Assembly: GCA_000165345.1 (NCBI GenBank)
Contig: CM000431.1
Span: forward strand, 896,001-960,000
Direction of reading: 5' to 3'
DNA: 64,000 bases
The stretch's first letter is position 1, and every line of letters begins with the position of its first letter. The translations under genes were made by a program, and so were the position numbers. The notes below the pieces were generated by a model. That model saw only the letters and a list, made by a program, of their open reading frames with translations. It ran no database searches and was not told the origin of the DNA. Of this stretch, positions 24,699 to 35,638 are shown piece after piece.

Positions 24699-26669
24699 AT
24701 GAATTCTTTTGGTGCAATAAATGGGCAAGGAGAAGATGATGATGACTTAGAACTTCAGCGTGCATTATCTGAATCCCTTCGCGAATTTAATAATACCAAT
24801 AATATATTAAAAAATAATGGCATTCAAACTCTGGATGAAAATAAAAAGCAGAGTAAGGATAACAACGATATTGAATTTATCAATAACTCTGTAACATTTG
24901 ATGATTTGATAAATTATTCAGAGTCTATGCAGAATGAATTGGTGAATATATTGAATCTTAATAATAATAATTGTAATAATTGTAAGAAAAAGAATGATAT
25001 TGATTCTTTAACTCAGATAATAACAGGAAAGAAAGTTATTATAGATAATAAATTACACGAACATTTTAATGAAACTTATGACCCCTATAAAGATAAAGAA
25101 TTAAAACCTTTACCCATTGACAATGTAAATGAAATTATTGAAATAATTTTTGGAATTAATGGAAATTTATTGGCTCAGGATGAAGACATTAAAAGATGGA
25201 TCTATCATTCAATTGAGTTTACATGTAATTCAATTCCAAAAATAGAAGATGATAATAAAACTGATTTTTTTAAGGAAAATCGATCAATTTTCACTTTTAA
25301 AGAAAACTTTAAAAGTATGAACTACTGTTTAATTCAACAAGGAGGTGGTCCTTGTGGAGTTTTAGCTTCCCTGAATGGATTTATTATAAGTCAATTAATA
25401 TTTAATCCTTTAAGGCTTAAAATGATTAAGGAAAAATATCAGGAAGATCTGGTTGAGTATTTGAATTCTATAAGTGAGGAGGATTGTTGGGAAGCTTTAA
25501 TTCAATCAATATGTATGATATTTTTCCAATCGTCTCCTGAAAGCAAGTATCGTGTTATTCAGTATAAACCATATGAAAAAATGGAAACACTTCAACAGAA
25601 TAGACATTTTGACTTGATAAGTAATTGTTTAATTGGAAATGGAAACAATTTGTATTATTATGTTGAATATGATGATATTATGGAAGTTTATAAATTCTAC
25701 TGGAGACGTTTAAAATCTGGAATCTTCTCTAATATTGGCTCATTATTTTCAATATTAGTTTCGATTGTTGGTTCAAGAACTCCAAATCAGATTCGCTTGG
25801 ATATGGATGACTTTACGAATCCTTTAGTAGGAATGTTTGGTCATTGTAGTCAAGAGCTTGTGAATCTATTTATCACAGGAAGTGCAGTATCTAATGTGTT
25901 TGATGGTGTAAAGATTTTGAACGATAATGGTGGAGGAACAGTAACAGGAGCAGGTGATACTAATGAATCGCTATCTTTAAAAGGTATTTATAAGAAGTCT
26001 ATACTAGGTTATTTAACAGAACATGAAGCATTACAGTATTGTAAAGTTGGATTAAATTATAAATATCCTCTTTATCCTATTTGGATTATTGTTAATAAAA
26101 ATCACTATAAATGCTCATTCAGTTTTAATTTCAATGAATGTATTCTAACCATTTCTCAAGAGTTTATTCAAGTTATGCAAAAAGCTTTTGAAAAGTTTGA
26201 TACTGAAAATTCTGGATTTATCTTTGATAATCAATTAGAAAAGTTTCTAAATGAAATTAATTTAAAAGACTGTATGTTTGAACTTAAAAAATTTAGTGAA
26301 AATGGAATAATTCTGTGGAATGATTTAAAGAAGTGTATATTAAATTTGGTGGGAATCGAAAATGAAGAAGATAATCAACTTAGAGGAAGTAGAACAGGAG
26401 ATAATTCTTTAATAAGCCAATATAAATTATGGACTTCTGTATATATTTTTGATGGTCAAAATCATATTGGAAAGAAATTAATCATTTCTACAATATTTCC
26501 ACTTGAAAACTATTCCAAAACTAAAAAACTTTACGATAAATTTTCTTCTAATCATAAACAAAATGACAATGATAAAAGAAAATCTATTGAAGAATTGGAT
26601 TTAATTTCAATTTTACAAACAAGATGGGGAGGAGAGACTGTAATTGAAACTAAAATCTTAAACCTATAA
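24699..26669 (+). CDS. MINDY-3 (FAM188/DUF4205) family deubiquitinase with an N-terminal UIM and a C-terminal EF-hand-like region
   Basis: UIM-like DDDDLELQRALSESLREF. The catalytic-Cys motif QQGGGPCGVLASLNGFIISQLIF aligns with human MINDY-3 EGGPCAVIAPVQAFLL. ITGSAVSNVFDG, LQYCKVG and YPIWII blocks are conserved. EF-hand-like FEKFDTENSGFIFDNQLEKFL. Confidence 0.75.
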   Translation: MNSFGAINGQGEDDDDLELQRALSESLREFNNTNNILKNNGIQTLDENKKQSKDNNDIEFINNSVTFDDLINYSESMQNELVNILNLNNNNCNNCKKKNDIDSLTQIITGKKVIIDNKLHEHFNETYDPYKDKELKPLPIDNVNEIIEIIFGINGNLLAQDEDIKRWIYHSIEFTCNSIPKIEDDNKTDFFKENRSIFTFKENFKSMNYCLIQQGGGPCGVLASLNGFIISQLIFNPLRLKMIKEKYQEDLVEYLNSISEEDCWEALIQSICMIFFQSSPESKYRVIQYKPYEKMETLQQNRHFDLISNCLIGNGNNLYYYVEYDDIMEVYKFYWRRLKSGIFSNIGSLFSILVSIVGSRTPNQIRLDMDDFTNPLVGMFGHCSQELVNLFITGSAVSNVFDGVKILNDNGGGTVTGAGDTNESLSLKGIYKKSILGYLTEHEALQYCKVGLNYKYPLYPIWIIVNKNHYKCSFSFNFNECILTISQEFIQVMQKAFEKFDTENSGFIFDNQLEKFLNEINLKDCMFELKKFSENGIILWNDLKKCILNLVGIENEEDNQLRGSRTGDNSLISQYKLWTSVYIFDGQNHIGKKLIISTIFPLENYSKTKKLYDKFSSNHKQNDNDKRKSIEELDLISILQTRWGGETVIETKILNL

Positions 26670-26670
26670 A

Positions 26671-28260
26671 TTAAAAATTTTTTAGTTCGTTTGGTATTGG
26701 ATTATTTGAAGTTAAAAGGATTTTTTTGAGCTCAGGAAATAATCCCGAATCTTCAGGTGTTATAAATGAAATAGCAATACCATTTTTCCCAGCTCTTCCT
26801 GTTCTTCCAATACGGTGAGTATAAGTATCAATCGATTTTGGGAAATCATAATTTATAACAAGGTTAATATTATTAATATCAATACCACGTCCAGCAACAT
26901 CGGTAGATACAAGAATGTCAAATACTCCGCTTTTAAACAAATTAAGACTATTTTCTCTAACTTCCTGCATTTTCCCACCATGTAGAGAAGTTGCTTTAAA
27001 ACCATGAGATACAATTTCTCTACATACAATATCTACCATCTTTTTTTGGTTAAGAAAAACAATAATTGGTGGTACTGCCAATTCTTTATTATTTAAAGTA
27101 TTAATTAACGTAGATTTCTTTTTATTTTCACTAATAAAATTGAGTATTTGTTGAATTGATTTTTTTCCTGCTCCAATATCTCCAATAGTAACATTAATTG
27201 GCGAATTAAGATACCTTTTCGCAATGTTTTCAAGCTCTTTCTGCATAGTAGCACTAAACATATGAGTAGTTCTTTGAATCTCTGGCGGTATCTGATCAAG
27301 AATAAAGTTGAGAGAGTCTTGAAATCCTAAATCAATCATTCTATCAGCTTCATCCAAAATAACATATGAACATTGTACTAATACTGTTAATGTTTTTTCA
27401 AGACAATCCTGCATTCTACCTGGAGTTGCAATAATAATCTCCACTCCTTTTCTAAGTGAAAATGCTTGTTGATCAATATTTCTTCCTCCAACAATAGATA
27501 AAGTACGTATTCTTTTTAATTCATGAGTTTTATTTAATAATTTTTGAGCTTCATCTTCAATTTGAAGTGCTAATTCTCTGGCTGGAGCAAGAATAAGTCC
27601 ATATGGTCCTTCTTGACTTGTTTTATAATCAAGTATTGGTTTATTCCCTACATAACTAATAAGTGGAATTAGAAAAGCTATAGTTTTACCACTACCAGTT
27701 TCTGCTATTCCTATCATATCCCTAAGTTTTAATCCAATAGGAATACATTGCATTTGAATTGGAGTTGGCTTTTCATAACCAATATTTCTAATTAACTCTG
27801 TTTGTATTTCTAAAACATGACAATCTTTCCAATTACGTATTGGATTTGGAACATCTTTGCCACGTACATTAATTGAGTAATCTTCTCTAAATATTTTCCA
27901 ATCTCTCTCAGTCATATCAAAATATCCCAAATCTGATTTCTCATCCAAAAATTCATCATTCTTTCCATTACTATCTTCTTTTCTTATTCCTTTCTTTTTC
28001 CTCTCGCTTAACATCTTTTCTATATTTAATCGATTCATATATAATTCATTTGACCCCAATGAAAAAGTATCCTCATTATTGCTCCATTCAAACTGTAGCA
28101 TGCCTCTATGTCTTTTTTTGCTCTTTCCATCTTCAACATTACTACTTATTAAGTCATAATTAACAACATTATCCTTCTCATCCGAATTAGCTTTATTAGC
28201 TAATATTGATTGATCGTTTTCATACCTATCTAACCTCTCTAGTCCCGGAATCTTCAACAT
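26671..28260 (-). CDS. DEAD-box RNA helicase of the PRP28/DDX23 (U5 snRNP 100K) type
   Basis: MTERDWKIFREDYSINVRGKDVPNPIRNWKD is the DDX23-specific N-terminal extension. AETGSGKT, DEAD (VILDEADRM), SAT, and HRIGRTGRAG are present. Confidence 0.9.
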   Translation of the reverse strand: MLKIPGLERLDRYENDQSILANKANSDEKDNVVNYDLISSNVEDGKSKKRHRGMLQFEWSNNEDTFSLGSNELYMNRLNIEKMLSERKKKGIRKEDSNGKNDEFLDEKSDLGYFDMTERDWKIFREDYSINVRGKDVPNPIRNWKDCHVLEIQTELIRNIGYEKPTPIQMQCIPIGLKLRDMIGIAETGSGKTIAFLIPLISYVGNKPILDYKTSQEGPYGLILAPARELALQIEDEAQKLLNKTHELKRIRTLSIVGGRNIDQQAFSLRKGVEIIIATPGRMQDCLEKTLTVLVQCSYVILDEADRMIDLGFQDSLNFILDQIPPEIQRTTHMFSATMQKELENIAKRYLNSPINVTIGDIGAGKKSIQQILNFISENKKKSTLINTLNNKELAVPPIIVFLNQKKMVDIVCREIVSHGFKATSLHGGKMQEVRENSLNLFKSGVFDILVSTDVAGRGIDINNINLVINYDFPKSIDTYTHRIGRTGRAGKNGIAISFITPEDSGLFPELKKILLTSNNPIPNELKNF

Positions 28261-28934
28261 TATATTTGCATTTCTACTAATTTCTCCCTACTTTTTAATA
28301 ATTAAACAACTCTTATAATTACTAATTATTATAATTCATGCCAAAATACCGCCAGCGCCAAAAACATGCACGACCATTATTGATAAATATTAAAAGGTTA
28401 CCAATTTAAAGTAAATATGTAATGAAAAAAAAAAATGTTTTTTTTTGGCGGGAGATTTTGTTAAATATAAAATGCATGGAATAATGCAATTAATGTTAGA
28501 GGTAGAAAATGTTAAAATATTTAAAGATTACGAGAAAGTGAGAGTATGTTGGAGAAAAAAAATAAGGAAAAAAAAATAAAGAAAAGAAGTATAGGAAGAA
28601 GCAAAAGAAAAGAATAATATTTATTTGAGCTTAAGAATGAATAGATCCCGAATATTATTAGGTTTTATTAATTGAAATATAAAAATACGTAGATTTAAAA
28701 CTTTAAAAAATAATTATTATTAGTTTTATTTTTGTAAGAACTATCTTAAGTTAATTACGTTAAATTCAAACAGATTTTCTATTATTCTAACGAGGGTGAA
28801 ATGAAAAATAAAAGTTTAAGTAATTTGCATTCCGCCAATCATTGCTGGATTAAATATTAATAGATTACACAAATTTTTTTTAATTAGTTATAAGTAAATA
28901 ATATTGCTGAATTAAAATTAGCAACAAAATTTTA

Positions 28935-29078
28935 ATGGGAATTTCCCATACATTTATAAACTATATAATCACTTTCTGTTTAATTATATTACTGGAGTTT
29001 ATTTTTTCTATTGATATTTTAGACAGAGAGGATACTTATTGTAATGAGAATAATATATCAGATTTAATTTGTGTACCA
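28935..29078 (+). CDS. exon 1 of a 3-exon gene for a roughly 1000-aa secreted Cys-rich, Asn-rich protein (signal peptide exon)
   Basis: ATG at 28935, then MGISHTFINYIITFCLIILLEFIFSIDIL (hydrophobic signal), then the GTAAGT donor at 29079. Confidence 0.55.
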
Positions 29079-29167
29079 GTAAGTATTATTGTTCATTTTT
29101 TTTTCTTTTCTTAAAAAAAAAACTTTATTCATACAAAATTATATACAAAATTCACTCATTATTTTAG

Positions 29168-29569
29168 AATGATAACATTATTGAACTTATTAATAAAATA
29201 ATTGAAGATTTATCACCAAAATTGCAATTAAAAGAAGAATACCAAGATATAAATACATATTTAGTTTTTAATGAGTTGGAATTTGTTAAAAGCCCATTAT
29301 ACTCTTGTGGTCATCCAAAATCAAAATTAATAGAACTGGATAACATTAAGAAAACATTCTTATGTATGGTAACAGAAGAATTACAAAAAGTTCTACAATG
29401 TAAAAGTGGATATGAATTAACTGAGGTATTAATAGAGAATCCTAGTAAAAAACTTGGATATGGTGAATCTGAAATTAGACCAAGAACTAATAGAGAGAAG
29501 AAATATGCAATAAAAAGTGATAAAATTTGTATTAAAACTGTAAAAGTTCCTGTTGAAATTATATGCAAA
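29168..29569 (+). CDS. exon 2 of the same secreted-protein gene
   Basis: ttattttAG acceptor at 29166-29167, in frame with the ORF-track ORF 29222..29590. Ends ..EIICK, followed by GTAAGT at 29570. Confidence 0.6.
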
Positions 29570-29637
29570 GTAAGTTTTCGCTATTTTTAAATGTTGAATT
29601 ATTAATATTTAAAAAAAAAAACAATTTTATATTTTAG

Positions 29638-32115
29638 GATGGCAAATTTAAAGATGGATTTTGTGTTAAGGAAGAAACAACAAATCCATTATATGAATGC
29701 CCTAAAGGATTACATGTGACTCCAAGAAGATGGTGTGGATATATTAAAAAAGAATTAAATGAAAGTTTAATGGAAAATGTAATTAAAAGAACAAATCCTG
29801 GATGTGTTATTAAAACAGTACATCCATGGTTTAAATCTACAGCTACTGTTGAATGTTATAATAGTAATAATGGTTATATTGTAGGTATTACAGAGGATGA
29901 TTGGGTTAATGTTATACCACCAACAATAAAATGTCCAAGAGATTTTGAAATAATATTCCCAACATATCCAACAGAAGATACAATTAAAGGTAATTTTACT
30001 TTTCCTCCGGTATGTCTTGCTAGAAGATATTTTCCAAGAAGTATAAGTTGTCCAGGAATATTATTAAGAAATGGACTTATAGTAACTGATAGATATATTG
30101 TTGATAACGAATTGAATCCAACTCCATTTAAGCAGAAAATAGATGTTTCACATTATTCTTGTCAGGTACAAAGTAGGGTGAAGCCAAATATAGTTTGTCC
30201 AATAATTAATATGGATTATTACTCAAGATTAAGATATGTTTTCCCAAATAATGAATATTATTTGAATTCACATTTCAATACTGAAGAAGTTATTAATTAT
30301 CAATCGGGACTTTTTGATTTTACAAGTTATTCAAATTTTTTAAATGAGAATCCAAATATTATTAATGAGTTAAAGGAAAATCAGTTAAGTCAATTGAGTA
30401 ATGTTTCTGATACTAATTCCACAATATCCAATAGTTCTATTTCCAATTCCAACTTAAATGACTCAATTGTATCAACATCCAATGATAATGATAATGATAA
30501 TGATAACTCAACTTTGAAATCTAGTCCATATTATAACTATAAGGCCTACAAAAATGAGTTTCATGAATATAAATACTATTATAATGATACTTTAAATAAA
30601 CACTTAAAGTCCATGAATGATTACAATAACCATGAATACTCATATTATCCATTCAGGTTGAATACTACTTTGGATAATCCTTGGAATACAAAAACTAGTA
30701 ATAATATTAGTAACAATTTGAGACGGGAGGATCATAGAAAAGTACATTCAATTCATTCAAAAGGTTCACAAATAGAAAAAGTGGTTGGAGCAAAACAATT
30801 CGATAAAGAATATGATAACTTTCTACAAGGATTAAAAATAGATTTATCAAAACAAAGTGAGTACTTTAATGATTATCAATGGGATTTCTTAAGCAAATTC
30901 TATAGAGTTTATATATCAGATCAATATAAATTTGTATCAAATATTCCAGTTTCTTCTATTTCACATAAAGCATTGACAATAGATGGAGGTTATCAACTGA
31001 ATATTAATTTAGATCCAACTTATCAAAGCTTTGTCAATTATACATTGGAAAATATGAAAATGATGGATTCTGAATTGAAAATTAACAATTTAATGGATAA
31101 TCTGAACGATACAATGATTAATAATAATGATAATGTTACTGATAGTAATAGTAGTAATGATAATAATACCGATAGTAATAATAATAACATTACTGAGATT
31201 AATATGAATATTAATAATCCTCAATTAATAGAAAAGTTATTAATTTTAAATGATACTAATACAACCAATAATCTTAATTTTACAAGAGATCATGAATATA
31301 ATGCTTGGGAAAAATCTGCAAGAATATATTTTATGGATTTAGATTTGATGAAAAAGAATCAAATAATTTATTCGAGTATTAGTAACTATAAACATAAGAG
31401 AAAGTTTCCATTTCTATATTATTATGGAAGACAACCAAGTATTAATAATGATTATGGACATATTAGAAGACCAGCAATTTCTGACCACAAATATAGATAT
31501 GGAAGTCCTGCAGAAGATTATCACAAATACAGTGGAAGACATGAAAATAGCGATTTACTTTATTATATTAACAAACATTTAAATCAGACAAAACCTTATA
31601 GACATTCTCCAGGGCCACAAACTTATCATAATTGTATATCTATAAATGAGACAACTCCAATAATAGAGTGTCCAAATTCAAATATTATTATTCCAAAATG
31701 TTTTATACTTGATATAATATATGGAATTTTTACAGCAAATAGTCAAAAGAATATTAATGATACATTGATTAAAGATATTGACGAAATGAATTTGAATAAT
31801 TCAATTTCTGAAACAAATGGCAATATTCAAGAAGAAGAAAAGAAAAAAAGGGAAGAGAAGAAAAAGAGAGAAGAAGAAGAGAAGATTAAGAAAGAAAAAG
31901 AAGAGGAAGAAAAAGCTTTTATGGATAATTATATTAATAGTAGACCAATTTCAATTCAAGAAGGATTGAATGATTTGGGAGATTTAGAAGCTATTGAAAG
32001 CATGGAGGATTATGGAAATATTTTGAATGAATTAGGTTATTTTGGAAATATAGGAGAACTTCAAAATTTGGAGATGTTGGAAAATCTCCAAGGACTTGGC
32101 CAAATAGCAGTTTAG
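29638..32115 (+). CDS. exon 3 of the same gene: Cys-rich N-terminal half, (DN)n and N/S-rich low complexity, K/E-rich C-terminal block
   Basis: attttAG acceptor at 29636-29637, in frame with the long ORF 29716..32115. The ORF-track M at 29716 is a GTG codon, not a real start. Confidence 0.75.
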   Translation, partial: DGKFKDGFCVKEETTNPLYECPKGLHVTPRRWCGYIKKELNESLMENVIKRTNPGCVIKTVHPWFKSTATVECYNSNNGYIVGITEDDWVNVIPPTIKCPRDFEIIFPTYPTEDTIKGNFTFPPVCLARRYFPRSISCPGILLRNGLIVTDRYIVDNELNPTPFKQKIDVSHYSCQVQSRVKPNIVCPIINMDYYSRLRYVFPNNEYYLNSHFNTEEVINYQSGLFDFTSYSNFLNENPNIINELKENQLSQLSNVSDTNSTISNSSISNSNLNDSIVSTSNDNDNDNDNSTLKSSPYYNYKAYKNEFHEYKYYYNDTLNKHLKSMNDYNNHEYSYYPFRLNTTLDNPWNTKTSNNISNNLRREDHRKVHSIHSKGSQIEKVVGAKQFDKEYDNFLQGLKIDLSKQSEYFNDYQWDFLSKFYRVYISDQYKFVSNIPVSSISHKALTIDGGYQLNINLDPTYQSFVNYTLENMKMMDSELKINNLMDNLNDTMINNNDNVTDSNSSNDNNTDSNNNNITEINMNINNPQLIEKLLILNDTNTTNNLNFTRDHEYNAWEKSARIYFMDLDLMKKNQIIYSSISNYKHKRKFPFLYYYGRQPSINNDYGHIRRPAISDHKYRYGSPAEDYHKYSGRHENSDLLYYINKHLNQTKPYRHSPGPQTYHNCISINETTPIIECPNSNIIIPKCFILDIIYGIFTANSQKNINDTLIKDIDEMNLNNSISETNGNIQEEEKKKREEKKKREEEEKIKKEKEEEEKAFMDNYINSRPISIQEGLNDLGDLEAIESMEDYGNILNELGYFGNIGELQNLEMLENLQGLGQIAV

Positions 32116-32940
32116 TAAATTGATTCATAAAATGAAATAATAGTGTATTGGCGCCACATATGCATGTAATTTTTGCATTTATTCATTAAATTGTTTGCAT
32201 TTTAATTTCATAAATTTTTAAAGTGATTCAAATTTTTCAAATTATTTTTTTCCTCAATATTGGGTGAGTTTATAGTTTAGAGAATATATTTTTGATTCTT
32301 TTCTCTCTTTTTCCTTTCTTTCTTATATGTTTTATTCTAAATTATTATTATTATTATTATTCATTTTTTCTAATAAAAACAAATGGTTACCGCTCAACGT
32401 GGTTGGCGGGAAATATGATATTTAATAATAAATATGAAAAAGCAGAGGAAAATAATGTGAGGTAAATAAAACAAACCCCACTGAAAAAGGACGGATAAAT
32501 TAATATATATTTTTTTGAAAAAATTTTTATTATTGAAAGGAATATTAAATTCGCAAAGTAGAAGGAGGGAGTAAGAAAAAATATACAGAGTTGATTTTTA
32601 GTGCTAAATTTGGTATTTTGAGACTACTCTGGGTTTGAAAAGAAAACTATTATAATATAAATTCAGCTTGATAATGGAATAAGTATTATTAATATATATA
32701 TATGTATATATGTATTTTCCCCTTCTTCTTTTTATCTTATTTAAATAGTAATATTCTTGAACAAGTTTAATTTCTGTATAAAGTTAATAATTAATATTAA
32801 GAGTGGTCCTGAATAAGAGCTAATACAAGATATTTTTGATTTTACATCGCAATAATTAGATTTAAAAAAAAGCTTCATTTTAATAAAAAAAATAAAAATA
32901 AAATAAATTACAATATTTATATTTTAATGAAAAATTTAAT

Positions 32941-34581
32941 ATGAGTACTTTTTTAAGAGGTCAATCTCAGATTATGGGAATCAAACCATTATTCCCGGTA
33001 AAACCGTTACTATCAATTTCTTCACCAGATTTTGAGCAAATTTGGAAAGAGGTGAAATGGGATACAAAAAGAGTAAATAGCACATTAGATTTGTTTTCAA
33101 GATTTTGCAAGGATGATTTAGATATTTTACCATATGACTCTACTTCCAATGATATTAATTCAAATAGCGGAGGAGGAATAAACCATTCACAGTTAATGTC
33201 AAACCATAGACTAATGGCATTGTTAAAGTCAATAGCTATAGTTGGTACAGATAGTGATGATTTTAATAACATGGACTTTTTCACAAGAAATGACTTATGC
33301 GTAATAATGACAGGAATTCCTTATATTGACAAAAAGAACTTTCTAAGGTTAATGTGTCTTTTAGACAGATCTACTCCTCACACAACGACTTCACCAGCTG
33401 GAATTTCAAGATTAAAGTTGGTTTTTTCTTATTATGATTGGGGTTGGAAAGGGTATCTGGATGAGTTTGATTGGAAGAGATTAAGAAGTGATATTTTGAA
33501 TTTGACTTATTATGGAAAGTTATACGATACAAATAATAATAGCCATGATTTAAAATCTAGATTAAATGGAACAAACAAAAAAGGAGGTCCAATGCCAGAA
33601 ACTTTAGAGGAAGGACTTAAACAACTTAGTCAAGAAATATCTATTAGATCCTTAAAAAGTACCAATAGTGGATCAAAACTTTTAAAGAATGATAGTATAC
33701 ATATTTCTATTAATGCTAGTAGTACTAGTAATATGAATAGTAATGGTGGCCATTCAGAATATAGCTATTTTGATAATAATCATAATTTTACTGCATCAGT
33801 TCCTTATTCAGTTCAAAACAATGATTTAATCATTGATTTTCCACTTTTTATTAAATTGGTTGAATATAGAATAATTAAAGGAACGTCACAAATCTTACGT
33901 ATTGAACTTCCTGGTAGAGATCAAGAAGAATTTATTGCTAGAAGCATCTTAATAAATGGTGGGAGTATTTTCTTAGATAATTATAAGAATGATAATGCTC
34001 ATTATTCCCCTGATAAGTCTAGTAAAGCTTCTATATATAATCCAATTTCATCTTCAGCACAAAATATTAAATCTGAAATGAACTCACCATCAAAAATTAA
34101 CAATGTTGAGAATGAAGAATTAGATAATATTGAGAAGAAAAAACAAATCATTACTGAACAAATCCAAGAACTAGATAATGAATTAAATAGTCTCAAGATT
34201 TCCATAAAGAATTCACATCTTCCATCAAACTCCCTAGGTATTGATATTTCAAATTTGAATGGAGATACCACTTCAAAGAGTGCAATGGAATCCATTTTTG
34301 GGCCTCCCCCTGAAGATCTACATGGAATTTTCTGTGATCAGCCCAATGATCAACAAGATTTGGCATTTTCCTCTATTGTAGTTCCTTCTTCTTCCACACC
34401 AATTAGGAAGTCAAGATCAATAAGATCAAATGCAATCCCCATAACTCCTATTACAAAAAATGATTCAATCTCGGAACACGCCCACGACTCTAATTCTTTC
34501 ATTGCTGAAAGAAGTAGCACAAATGACTTTCCAAATAATGTTAATAATACAGAACTTGCGGGCCCGCCTATTTTACTTTAG
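32941..34581 (+). CDS. hypothetical protein (546 aa) with a C-terminal coiled-coil segment
   Basis: Long ORF. No recognisable catalytic motif. Confidence 0.6.
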   Translation: MSTFLRGQSQIMGIKPLFPVKPLLSISSPDFEQIWKEVKWDTKRVNSTLDLFSRFCKDDLDILPYDSTSNDINSNSGGGINHSQLMSNHRLMALLKSIAIVGTDSDDFNNMDFFTRNDLCVIMTGIPYIDKKNFLRLMCLLDRSTPHTTTSPAGISRLKLVFSYYDWGWKGYLDEFDWKRLRSDILNLTYYGKLYDTNNNSHDLKSRLNGTNKKGGPMPETLEEGLKQLSQEISIRSLKSTNSGSKLLKNDSIHISINASSTSNMNSNGGHSEYSYFDNNHNFTASVPYSVQNNDLIIDFPLFIKLVEYRIIKGTSQILRIELPGRDQEEFIARSILINGGSIFLDNYKNDNAHYSPDKSSKASIYNPISSSAQNIKSEMNSPSKINNVENEELDNIEKKKQIITEQIQELDNELNSLKISIKNSHLPSNSLGIDISNLNGDTTSKSAMESIFGPPPEDLHGIFCDQPNDQQDLAFSSIVVPSSSTPIRKSRSIRSNAIPITPITKNDSISEHAHDSNSFIAERSSTNDFPNNVNNTELAGPPILL

Positions 34582-35081
34582 CATAATATTTAATTTTGCT
34601 TGTATACAAAATATATTTGAAGATAATGATAAATTAATAGAAATATAAACCCTAAATTGAACTAGAATAATAATTATTTTAGGTTATGCCGTTATTTAAG
34701 TTAACTTTTTTTGTATTTATTTATTAATAAATGAGTGTCAGTAAATATATTTGAAACCAACTCATATACAGCAATACTTTTGTTTCTTTGTTTATTGCAT
34801 GCAAAGTAAAAATAATTGTGGGAGCTTTGCCGCGCATTTAATTAAAATATTAGTAATAATAGTTGATTCATTCAATAACATTGTAATATATTGGATGAAT
34901 TTGTAGTTATATTGAAGATTAAATTTGAATTGAGTTCATATGATTGTTTTCCAATATATCTAAGCTGATTAAGGTTGCGTATATTTATATATACATATTT
35001 ATGCAAATTGAGTTTGTAATCTTGTGCAATAATATAATACTTTGAAAAAAAATTACCATTACTATATGGCAAATTGATTTC

Positions 35082-35408
35082 TTGAGAAAAACTACTATGA
35101 ATGAAAGTATTGGAGAATTAACAACAATTCCGATCATATATTCGAAACAACACAAAGAAAGACTAGTTCTACTTGAATTCCAGGGATCTTTAAGTATATC
35201 TAAATTGAATACAGAAACTGGGGAAATGATTAATTCTGAAAACAATGACGATTTTAATGACACAGTTATTGGTCAATTGATTAACTTTGATAAAATCTCT
35301 CAAAGTTTAAATAATCCTGAAATTGTCAATCCATTAGAATCTGCAATTCAATATTCTAAAAACAACCCAATAGAACTTAAGGTGGGATACCACAAACTTA
35401 TTGGCAAA
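35082..35408 (+). CDS. CTF8: CTF8 (chromosome transmission fidelity 8, CTF18-RFC subunit) exon 1. The start may be the ATG at 35097.
   Basis: VLLEFQGSLS.. and KVGYHKLIGK align with human CHTF8 VLMELQGEIE.. and IVGHHILYGK. A GTAAGT donor at 35409 interrupts the K of ..LIGK|. Confidence 0.65.
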
Positions 35409-35500
35409 GTAAGTTAAATTTTTCTTTTCATTAATAAAAATACTCATAATTTATTACCTCTAATTTTTCTACTACCAATAATATTAAAATATCATTCTAG

Positions 35501-35638
35501 TTAGTGAAACTAGAAAAACCTTTAGCCGTCATTCAAAATTCCTCAGAAACACAAGAAAAAGATAAAAGTCACTTAAATATATATGATATTATTCATTTTA
35601 AACTAGTTTTTGAATCTAGACCTTTATTTTCTTCTTAA
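35501..35638 (+). CDS. CTF8: CTF8 exon 2
   Basis: cattctAG acceptor at 35499-35500. LVKLEKPLAVIQN...YDIIHFKLVFESRPLF aligns with CHTF8 IIHLEKPFAVLVKH..YLVTALIKDKILFKTRPKPI. Stop at 35636-35638. Confidence 0.65.
   Translation, partial: LVKLEKPLAVIQNSSETQEKDKSHLNIYDIIHFKLVFESRPLFSS

Noticed and set aside
29716-29718. Start codons of ORF-track entries 29716, 29222, 42620 and 49712(-) being GTG or TTG
   Set aside because: These are tool artefacts. They mark internal exons of spliced genes, not alternative initiation.
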